In this document: positions 1 through 11,790 of the stretch, in pieces
How positions within the stretch are numbered: the first letter of the stretch is position 1
How the letters are laid out: every line of letters begins with the position of its first letter
From: Ylistrum balloti
Lineage: Eukaryota
Direction of reading: 5' to 3'
Length of the DNA stretch: 60,856 bases
Assembly (NCBI RefSeq): GCF_031769215.1
Contig: NW_026781950.1
Location: 1,984,001 to 2,044,856, forward strand
Program-made: the position numbers and the translations under genes
The notes under the pieces: generated by a model
Database searches by the model: none
Told to the model about the DNA's origin: nothing
What the model saw: the letters and a program-made list of their open reading frames with translations, nothing else

Positions 1-2823
1 GGCCAATTCATCTATGCTTTACATGGTAGCTGCGATTTAATTGGCCACTATTATTAACATTGCTTGCATTACGCCGTTACTCTTAGCACTTACCCCTGCT
101 GACATAGCTGCACGAGACAGCGAGGTATTTGAATTGTTGGCTTGCAATTTATTATTTACTTGCTGAAATACACATCATTCATCACATAAATACTTAATTA
201 TAACCACTCAAAAATTCGATATATCTTGCAGATTACAATCAAAATTAGTGTTAAATATAAATAGATATTTCCATTGTTATAGTAAATGCATATGGTCTAC
301 AACATGTTCAGTTCAATAATTTATTGTATTAAAGTGGCATAAACTATCGTTAAATCACCTTACATATGTTAAAAACGGAATTACGACTATAGTGGTGAAA
401 CAGTGATATATCGTAAAATACAGTGCTCAGAACACAATAGCCTTAAACAACTTTCAATAAAGTAAAATCCATGTATTTCATTAACTTCAGAAGAAATTAT
501 TTTTTATAGGAAGCAAGTTGTGATTGTATACTGGTAAATAGAAAAAAAAGAAGCATATTACGAAAGTATGCCTCCTTTTTCCATTGACATGATGACAAGC
601 GAACCTTATAATAGTAATAATAATGATGATAATTGACTTCATTTATTCTTGATAACTTATTGAGCAACATGCTCGACTTACATATGGTCAAGGAGATGAT
701 ATACAATATGTATAATTGTTTGCAAATTTTACCTGATAGATAGATTTGTCCCATGTCGTTCATTGGCCTCCTTAAACGCATATATCATGATAGCTTTTAT
801 CACTATGGTGCACTTTTTACTAGCTGTTTTTCACCGTAGCGTAGTTGCTTCAGACTCTTTACGCAACAAAAATTATACCATCACATAAATTTCTCTGCAC
901 ATGTAATTTTTAGAATCAAATAAAAGATTTTAGGCGATAGAAATTCGTTTTCTTGTGCTATTTCAGTATTGTCATAGTCATAGTAAAGTTTGCATAAAAA
1001 CTGTAGTCGGTTTTTTAGCAAGACTGTTTACATATAGAAATATACAAAAGCAGTTTAATATACCTAGATCAGATCATGTTTGTCATGTGTTTCAGAGTGA
1101 GAAACTAGACCATGATTTTGTTTTAAATTTCAATCTGACATCTCCATTAACGAATTATATTCTCCCATATACTTACTTACAAAGAAATAAACCTGATTTC
1201 TTAACATGTTCCCCTGCGTTGAATGTAATACCATCTAAAACAAAGATTGGCTGGTAAATTCTTAACATCTCTTATTTCAAACTGTTGTATGCTCCATACG
1301 ATAATTTTATATCAATTTTACAAACAGCGTTGCTGTTTATTAATGTAAAAACAAATACGATTAATTCATTTCATACTAAGCTGCTTGACACAATGTTACA
1401 ATTTAGCATAATAAAATCGGGAATTTCGTGTAGAAATTATAATTTATTGTAGATGAATAACTGTCTAGAACACATATTTGTGTAGGTGTATATTTAAGAA
1501 AATTATTCACACACTTGACAAAATGAAAGCCTAGCAGGCAACTATGATTGAGACAACATAATTATAAATCTTGTTTAAATTATTACTGGTGTATACACAC
1601 TAGTGTATGTGTATTACTAATATTATACTATAATATTATACTATTAATATCTACACTATTTCTTTATTCTTTAGGGATTTTCTGTATACAATTTAATATA
1701 TCGTTGTCTGTATTTGCCAAACTACTTTTCCATTTATGTACGTTGTGCATTATATTTTCAGTTTTCTTCTTACATGTAATTGTAAACGTTTCTTATTGTT
1801 TGCTTTATACTCGAAACATATATGACAGATTTCGATATTTTAGTTTGCGGATTTTTGTTCGTTATTAATACCCCATATATATCCAACCCTCTGTGCAATA
1901 CTTATTATCTCAAACTCTAACTTTATTGATTTCATTGCATATCATTATTTTAGCACTGTATTTAAAAAAATATATAACAACGCACATATTTGATAATCCA
2001 CTTCCCTCCCTCGGACATAAGTATATGTAGCCTATTGTCCAACCACTATAGACCATTTCCAATTTTATATCAGTACTATTTGTATCATAGCATCATCTAT
2101 TTAACCTCTTCCCATCTTATTATTATTTAAAGGCCATTCATATTTTCCGATTTCTAGCCTTGGCGCAGACCACAAAATCTGAAATTGGTTGAAATATTTG
2201 ACGTATGTCGTCATTTTACTCGAATTATTTGTGTTTGTTCATATTGACGGATGTTTTAAACTAATCTTCCTTTTCTTTTTTTTTCACTTTTCAGATTTTC
2301 TTGTTTTGAATATTTATCTGATTTAAATCAAATTAAAGTTGGCATTGCTTTTTGAATATCAGCAATGTTTACGATCATGGTTTTCACTATGCTTATAAAA
2401 TGAACTATCACAGATGAATAGATATATGGTCACAATGAGATAAAATCTAACTGTGACATATTCTTTAAAGTATGTTTATAAAGTTTGTTTGATACTCGTT
2501 ATTATCAATTGAAGACAATAAATACTATCGTAGCGAGAAATCGCATTAAAAAAATCCTTACTAGTATTAATTCGGTGCAGCTAATTCAATGGATAATGGT
2601 GTAGATTTCGTTTAATGTATTGTTGTATTGAAACATAATCTATATTGTTGGTATTTTCAGGAATTTTTTCTGGTATTCAAATATATTTTTGATGTTTCTA
2701 CTACTTCACAATGATATTCTTCTTTTGTTGTTATATCAGACGTGCAAGGAAATCCAGGAAACATTTGAGTATCTGTATAATAAATCAAGTTTCCTATTCA
2801 GTTCTTTGATTTGTTTTTTGCAG

Positions 2824-5800
2824 TTTTTAGCATTTGCAGGGAAGTTCATGCGGATTTTTAACTTGCTTTGCCTAATGTTTCTTCTGGGACATTGGAATGG
2901 CTGTCTCCAATTCCTTATACCAATGCTGCAGGACTATCCTGACGATTGCTGGGTATCTATAGAGGGGCTGAAGGTTTGTATTGGTCACTCTATTTTGCGA
3001 CATACCTTTTAATACGTTACGCCTTAAATGTATATATGACATCCTTCGCGGAATATTTTGTCCATTTACTAGGTTTCATCATCTTTTCACAAACTCTCTG
3101 ACTCATAAGCAAGTAGATAGTTCCATGCATATTCAACTTAAATTCATAATATCAAGTTAGTACTGCTTATTACTTTTTGAATTTGCGCAGTAATTTCTTT
3201 CCCATACAAAATAAATCATAATCACTATTTCATGTTTTACTTCATTACTGTTATTACTACCTACAGTGTACTATAAAGGCATTAAAATAAGTTACAGATA
3301 CAAAAGCGCTTTCCTATATATTACTCAAACCCAATATAAAATTTTCAGAAAACACGAACTAGATCACTTTAATGTCAGCGATCACATGATATAGTCTTAA
3401 CCAGCCTTCTGAGGAATTTCCAGATTTAAAACACACACACATATTTATATAACAGTACACGCACACTTTCTATGGACAACTCAAAGGCTATGAACTATAC
3501 CGGAAGTGCGTGTCATCCATGTCGTAGACACACGGTGTGCGAACGTGGGTGCTTTTAGGCATATTGATCTATCAGTCGTGTACATAACCAGAAGTTTATG
3601 TGTATTTCCATATCCTGGTGAAAAAAATATATATATATTGCTTATGGGCGAATACAGTTCTTTGAACGTAGAATATGGGGAACACATGTGTTATGTATCA
3701 AGGAAATGTGCTTGTAGGTCAGCCGTGATTTTAGGAGAAACTGAGAACGTTTCTACCTTAATACCAACTGACATTTTAAACTGATTTTTTTGGTTTTCAT
3801 ATATACATAAAAGTCTGTATGAAGAAAACACTATATGCATAAACACTGGCAGTTTAATACGGTAACCAAGTACTGGAATTGAAAATCAAGTAGACAGAAA
3901 CCATCAGTTCTAACTAATCACCACATCGTTTGCCAATCATCTCTCGTTAAAGCATGCATATTCATAGAAATAAAATAGGACTATAAGAATGTCGGAAAGT
4001 GTATAACAGAATTATATATCATTCAGGCAAATTAACCAAAATAATCATTAATGCGATAATAGATTAGTTTTAAAAGGCATGTGCTTGACATAAGTACATG
4101 TACAAGTACATTTGTATAGATACATAGTTGCTAGCTTTGTATGCGTTAATGTTATATTACTTATACCGTATTCATTCTCATATATTAATATCATAATTTT
4201 CTATTTGGTAATTAGAAAGCAATACAATTACATTTTTAAAAATCATATTCATATACCCATATTCTTTCTTGCAGGAAGCTCATTGGGCGGAGCAATACAC
4301 ATGGGCTTTATTTAAAGCTCTTTCCCACATGCTATGCATTGGGTATGGCCGGTTTCCACCCCAAAACATGACGGACACTTGGTTGACAATACTGAGTATG
4401 CTTAGTGGGGCTACATGCTATGCACTATTCCTCGGTCATACCACCACCATCATTCAGTCCTTCGACACATCGAGACGACTCTACAATGAAAAGGTTAATT
4501 TCAATTAAAGATTTACCTATTGGACATAAACACTAGATTCATAAAGTAAACAGTGGATATTTTCATTGTTATTGATGATTATTCAGATGAAAAAAACATT
4601 AAATGGTAGTACTATCAATTCGTATAAAAATGGTACGATTCGTTTATGAATAGTACATTCTGTATAAGAATAGTACAATTTATATGAGAATAGTACATTC
4701 CGTATAAGAATAGAACAATTTATATAAAGACAGTACAATTTGTATAAGGATAGTAAAATTCGTGTAAGAATAGGATACTACTGAAGAAGCAATCACATTT
4801 TACACCAATATGAATATCACGACAAAAAAGTATCATCAGTAATTATATTTTGGTGTTGCAATACAGCGGGCTGCTAGATTATATGTCCCCAAAGTTTGTC
4901 CTGACCTGTATTCTACGTTTTAATTCATTCGAACGGTGGTCGATTACCAATACACACATGTACTGGAAATTCTTCTAAAATCACCAGATATATGACGATT
5001 ACAACATCTTCTGCATCATGTGGGATTTGCACCAGTATTACCTCTTTCAAAGTCGTCTCCTGGGTTTAATAATAAGAGTTTTGATATCAATGACGAGTCT
5101 TACAAGGACGAAACGGCAATGTAAATGAGATAAGGGTAATTTTGATATCAATTAAAAACTCGATATAGATTTTTGTTATTGACTGTTGCACCATTTAACG
5201 TCCTTCTAAACCCGTATTTTCATCATTTTGATATATTTCTATTGGTTAATCATACACAGATAAGTCCGTAACCCTTATAGTCAATATCACTTAATGAAAA
5301 TGAATTGTGTTTTCTTTATTATTCAGCATATTGTACTTCCTAGCTTTGAGATATGTTACCATGAAAATATACAGACTTCTTATTTGCCTTTCAACTTTCA
5401 TACTCCTTGATACAATGTACAAATCATGTCTGAGATATACTTTGGTGATTTCCGTTTTCATTTTGTCATCTTACAGTTCAAACAAGTAGAGGAGTACATG
5501 ATATACCGGAAGTTACCCAGGCGCTTGCGCCAGAAGATATCCGAGTACTACGAACACAGATACCAGGGGAAGATGTTTGACGAAGAGAATATACTTTGTG
5601 AACTGAACGAATGTCTCAGACAGGTTTTGATTTTTGTTTTACAACAATATCATTCTTCATGTTATATCTCATATTTTGCTATATTGTTTTGGTATTAACT
5701 ACGCTTGATAATGCATGTACTTTTGTGTAAATTCGATTTAAACCTCGTTCAATGCATATGTAAATCCTTTATTGACAAACCTCGTTCTCTACTTATGTGA

Positions 5801-8800
5801 TGACTATATTGACAAACCTCATTCTCTACATATGTGATTATCATATTGACAAACCTCGTTCTCTACATATGTGATTATCATATTGACAAACCTCGTTCTC
5901 TACATATGTGATTACTATATTGACAGACCTCGTTCTCGACATATGTAATTATTATACTGACAAACCTAGTTCTCTACATATGTAATTCCTACATTGACAA
6001 ACCTCGTTCTCTACATAAGTGATTACTATATTGACAAACCTAGTTCTCTACATATGTAATTCCTACATTGACAAACAACGTTCTCTACTTAAATGATGAC
6101 TAGATTGACAAACCACGTTATGTACAGATATAATTATTATATAGACAAACCTCGTTCTGTACAGATGTAATTATTATATAGAGAAACCTAGTTTTGTACA
6201 GATGTAATTATTATATAGACAAACCTCGTTATGTACAGATGTAATTATTATATAGACAAACCTCGTTCTGTACAGATGTAATTATTATATAGACAAACCT
6301 CGTTCTGTACAGATGTAATTATTATATAGACAAACCTCGTTCTGTACAGATGTAATAACTATATAGACAAACCTCGTTCTGTACAGATGTAATTACTATA
6401 TAGACAAACCTCGTTCTGTACAGATGTAATTATTATATAGACAAACCTCGTTCTCTACATATGTGATTACTGTATTGACAAACCTCGTTCTCTACATATG
6501 CAATTCCTATATTGACAAACCTCGCTCCCTACATATATAATTCCTATATTGACAAACCTCGCTCCCTACATATATATTCATATACTGACAAACCTCGTTC
6601 TCTTCATTTGTAATACCTATATTGACTCTGCCCGTTATTTTTGTCAATCAAGTGCCGTTGCAATTGTATTTTCGTGTACAAATAAAACATTCCGTACCCG
6701 TATATTACGCAAAACAGTATAAAATTGACATAGATTACTTTTATAACAATGACAATACCACAGGTACTTTCATTAGTTCAAAGGACATCGTTGCTTTCGT
6801 ATGGAGAAGCCCCTTGTATTGGAAACATAGACCCTATTATATAAGTGTTATGTCTTTAAATAAACAGATCTATACCCATCACCGTTGAGATGTTCGACGA
6901 CAATTGGTTAACCGTCCAAACATTATGATATCAACTGTGAAACAACACATACAAAATGATAACTCGCGCAAAATATCATTGTTCACTATCATTCGAATTT
7001 AATAACTGTCTTGCATGTTCACAAGAATACTAGAAAGAAATTTTAACCCCGCGTCCGTGATAAAGAGTAGTTTGAATCAAAGATGTTTTCGCATTATGAT
7101 CGACTTATTACAAAAATTTGACCTCAAAGGAAAAATAACTGCACCTTATTCACAAATGTATCTACTTGGGTTTACTAAAAAGAATGTTGATAAAGCGTCA
7201 TTTGCAAATGTTGAACACGTGATGATTTTCTAACTGATACAAACGCTAAACAAACAAACGTTTTTTTCCGTCAGTAATGTGATAGGACTGCTGATAATCA
7301 AATTTCAACGAATTAACACATTTAACAGATTAGCTTAATTATCAGTTTGATGATCCGCAATAATTGGTACATCAAAATATATATATAAAAAAAACTGCAA
7401 TATGTTTTAGTACATTTTTCAGTGCAAAGAAAACCCCGCTACAATTAGAAAACTTATGTTATGTAAATTATGTAAAGTGCATTCAAAATAAGCCAAATAC
7501 ATACATAAATATACAAACGTCATTTCGAATGACTGGAAGATTTTTCTTTCTGTTCTAGGATATCATTAACCACAATTGCAGAGCACTGGTGAAATCTGTG
7601 CCGTTCTTTGCTAATGCCGACCCCCAATTTGTGTCTGAAGTGATAAGTAAATTGATCTTTGAGGTTTATCAGCCGGGTGATTACATTATACGTGAAGGGA
7701 CAATGGGGACCAAAATGTACTTTATATCCGAGGGGATCGTGGACATTATCACAATTGACAATGAAGTTGCAACATCCCTGTCGGATGGGTCGTACTTCGG
7801 TGGTGAGTAGCCTGCATTTAATCGGAATTGTACTGTACGATTGTTCTTGTGACTGAACATCAATGATTGATGTACTATATATATATTCAGTTATACGTTT
7901 TTCATTTTTAATTGTGACCAATGAGTTATTAGTTCATTCAAAGTTTTCAATTTTTCGTCAAAAATATTAATCACAAATAATCTTTCAACCGACATGAATA
8001 GATTCTTAGTTATCATCGTTTATGTTTCCTCAGAAATATGCCTGCTGACCAACGCTAAAAGAGTAGCCAGTGTGAGAGCAGAGACATACGTCAGTGTGTA
8101 TTCATTATGTGTAAATCACTTCAACATAGTGCTAGAACGTTACCCGGTCATGCGTAGAACTATGGAAAGTGTTGCCGCAGAACGCTTGACAAAGATTGGT
8201 AAAAATCCTAGTTTGGTAAGCAGTAGAGCCGACCTAGAGGAGGACCAGAAACTCGTGAATGAGATTGTAATGGAGTCTACTCCTGTCGTAACCAGTGCTA
8301 GTGAAGATGAAGATAAGGACTCAGACGATAGTTCAGAGAGTTCAAAAAGCTCTAGAAAAAAGAGGAAATTTAAATTTGATTTCACGGGGAAACTTCATCG
8401 TATCACAGAGGAAAGAAAATCGAAATCGAAAGAGAGTCTAAGAGATTTAGATATACCTAACGGGAAAGTCAGTAGAATGAAGAAGGCGCCCTCTGGTCCG
8501 AATTTGTTTGGACTTAAAGTTCCTCATTTTCCCGAAAGGCGGCGTTCAGGTAGTGTTGGTGCTGATTTAAATAGAATGCAACAGTCCTCTTGTTCAGATG
8601 AATCGCGCAGAGACTCAGATCCTGAAGACTTAAAAGAGGGCAATAGGAGGTCCAGTTTCCTGGGTACAAAATTGTTCAAACCATCAGAACAAAAACACAA
8701 AATTAAGAAACCTAGAGACAAACGAAAGTCAACAGATGATTCGCCGCCATCAGATGGCAAAGGCGCGATGAAATTTCTGAAAATACCTGACCCCAAGGAA

Positions 8801-9052
8801 ACAAAAGAACAAAAACAAAAAACTAAGGAAGAAATGGCGTTTCATCGAAGAAGTATGGGCGACGGAGAGGAATCAACAGAAAAACTCCCAAAAACGTCTT
8901 GTATGGCACAACCAAAGGAGCCAGTGATTTCTGAAAAATCCCCAACTCGTCCTACAGAACTTGATCCGACGACCAAGGCGAATGAGCCTAGTAAACAAAG
9001 CGTTCCTACTGTCAAGGTAGACAGCACCAAGCCGGAATCCTCGCGGTTATAG
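2824..9052 (+). CDS. HCN: Hyperpolarization-activated cyclic nucleotide-gated (HCN/Ih) channel, 3' portion (S5, pore, S6, C-linker, CNBD, C-tail); 5' exons lie before the window
   Basis: Exons with AG/GT borders and continuous frame: 2824-2973 ([36 protein letters not shown]), 4275-4493 (pore [16 protein letters not shown]), 5477-5623 (C-linker [20 protein letters not shown]), 7559-7802 ([35 protein letters not shown]), 8034-9052 ([19 protein letters not shown].. to TAG). CIGYG filter and FGEICLL are HCN hallmarks. Confidence 0.97.
4616..4772. repeat. Degenerate 20-bp tandem repeat (~8 copies) in HCN intron
   Basis: Recurring tagtacaatt(t/c)gtataagaa units at 20-nt spacing. Confidence 0.75.
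5735..6627. repeat. 37-bp minisatellite (~24 copies) in HCN intron
   Basis: Unit ttgacaaacctcgttctctacatatgtgattatcata; period measured 5846 to 5883 = 37. A central block uses the variant tagacaaacctcgttctgtacagatgtaattattata. Confidence 0.93.
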
Positions 9053-11790
9053 CATATGCACCGACAGCCAAATATATACTATTATATGCCCATGCACTAT
9101 GTAGTATGACAGATATGCTTCAGTGACGTTGATCAATGACATATTGTTTAAACTCGCACAAGCGTTAGAGATATTTAGTTTAAACGTGTCATGAGAAGAA
9201 ACAACATTATACATTAACATATCAGGGAGTTGGAAACTCGGTGGCTGCTTCTCTTGTAGTCGGTACAAAATTCCCAGCCTCAGTACCTAAACATGTCTGC
9301 TTGGTTTAAGGTATTAGCTTTAGTAGTAGGGACGCATGTCCATGCTGTGATGTTGGAAAAAAAGCTAATCAAGGTTCATCCTTAATCAGAGTTTCGCTAG
9401 TTCTGACATCGCCATATACGCAATGTAAATACTCATTACAATGACACCGTGTGCATGACATGTTATAAAACAGAAATATTTGTAAGCAAAACAAAAGAGA
9501 AAAAAAATCTTATTTTTGATTTTATAGAGAAAGAAAAAAAAATTGCAATTAGTAAGACCATTTTATATTAAAAGCAGTGGAATTGATATAAGATTATTTG
9601 ATAAAGCATATTCTTTATTTTCACATTACGGTTTAATTTTGCAAACAAGTCGTGAGCAACTGAAAATTTATTTTTAAAATCCAATCATGAGGTTTAGTGA
9701 CCAATTTCTATCATAACCAAATAATCATAAATGATAATATTGGTTCACTGTCAAGGTTAAGCATTCCAATGAAATACTCAATTTCCTCAATACTAGTAAA
9801 AGCATGTGTGATAGCAGTCGTATTCTCCTTCGAACTTACGTAAAGTAGCAAACTTGTGTTATATGAATACGCTGACTATATATATAAGTCAACAGTATTT
9901 GTTGATTGCATTCACTACCTTACTTATGTTCTATTTCTATTTTATAACGGTAAATTGTTTTGAAAAAGAAATGTAAATACAATTTCTGTTAATTTGTACT
10001 TTATGCGTTTGTACATATCATTTTCAGTATGTGCCAAATTTAGTTTTAGTTATTGACAACGAATGCGAAATCTTCTATGGTATTTAGTAGTATTATACAA
10101 AGTTATTTCACAAAAAAAAGTAACACGTTTACTGAATTAGGTATTTTACATACCAGGTCTGATAGCGTTAAAAATATATTTCCCTTTATTTAAAAACTGA
10201 AATTTTGACGTTTTCTGGTTCAATTGATTTGTCGAATGTATATATATCACATCGTTTTATAAACTGAAGATATATGTATAAAAAAATTAAACCCAATCTC
10301 AAAAGGATTCCTAGAAAAAAAACACCTAATAGATATCATCGTCTGTCATTTGAATGATGATGTCGTAAGTTTCAATACAACTTAACATAGTATTAATGAA
10401 AAATTGTTCATATTCATGTATCGGGGTATTTAATAGAGGATGCGTTAGTCTTTCATTCTAAGGCCAATTATTTTGCATATATACTTACATATTAAAATAT
10501 TGTCACAAAAAAATCATTATAAGTATCAAGTACCATTATCGTAAAGAATATGCAAAATACATGGCCTAGCATACATACATATATATAATATATATTATAT
10601 ACTTGATGGTAGGATATATAAGCAGCGTGTGACCATAGACTCTGCTAAGTCCACTTGTCGTGTCCCATGTGAGCAGCTGTATTGTATATAGGCAGATGTA
10701 CTTGTCGTATTTTATATATCTTGTATATAAGAAGAATAAGTCGCCTATATTACGATAAGATTATGTTCGTTGTAGATATAAGATCATATTAGATGACTAT
10801 TTGTCAGTGTGTGTATTCATGTGTTACGTACAATGTAGTATACGGAAGTGATATGCACGTGCTTCTAATCGTGATGCTAGTAATTAGCTATATACTGTAC
10901 AAAACAAAGCCTTGGAAAAGACTGCGTCATATATATGATGCTACGGGTGGCCAAATATAGGTTTATATGTTGTAAACATGTAAACGTTAGGAAAACGTTA
11001 AATAAGTAACTTTTTAGAGCGACAAAGGGATGTTGGAGTATAATTCTTATACAAATGTAAATCGATAGAAATGTAAAAGTACACAAATAAAAATGGTAAA
11101 TCGATAATAAAACCTGTTTATAGAATACAACATCAATTGTACAATTAATATTCGCCGTAAGACAAGTAAAGTTCCTCATATCGTCATTGTTATTCAGAGG
11201 AAGAAGCATTCAAATGTTTAAAATATCGCATGTATTTGTAATATGATACAATGAAATTTATAAAACAATACAGAATTTCTAAAAACAAAAAAATAAAAAT
11301 GCCAATATTTCGACATAAACTTAATTCCAACATAAATTTAATGAAACTAGGGCAAAGTATGACCAAATGAACTAGTTACATGCAGACTCCTGACAAAGTA
11401 CAAGAAGAATAAGACCAAACTGTAGTGTCACACAGACATGTATTTATTTATTTTAAATCCTTAAAACACTTCTCTGAAAATTAAAATCAGAAGATATGTG
11501 ACCATCTTAAAAATGTAGTATCACATTCTCGGGCTTTAAATTGCTCCGATTTGCGAATTTGACAGAAAAGCAAATATACCACATACTATGTAGTATCGAT
11601 ATTGCAATTTTGTAACTGGACGTTACATGGTATTAGGAAGGCAAGAAGAAAATAAAATAAATGTGGCTTGTGGACAAAAACCAAAATTTAGTCTATAGAG
11701 GGAAAATCATTGATTGTACAAAAGACACAAAAGTGAATAGCACATTTCAATACGGAATACGATAACGTAGAACAAAATAATGAGTAAAAC

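Noticed and set aside
41-124. Open stretch ending in a GT donor-like site (..DIAARDSE|gtattt), considered as an upstream HCN exon
   Set aside because: No acceptor in frame and no similarity to HCN S1-S4.
5735-6627. Checked the 37-, 27- and 20-bp repeats and the 156-bp core for hammerhead cores on both strands
   Set aside because: No CUGANGA..GAAA arrangement found by eye.
8140-9030. Minus-strand ORFs overlapping the last HCN exon, and similar ones antisense to the GAREM-like and TRIM exons
   Set aside because: Shadow frames of real coding exons.
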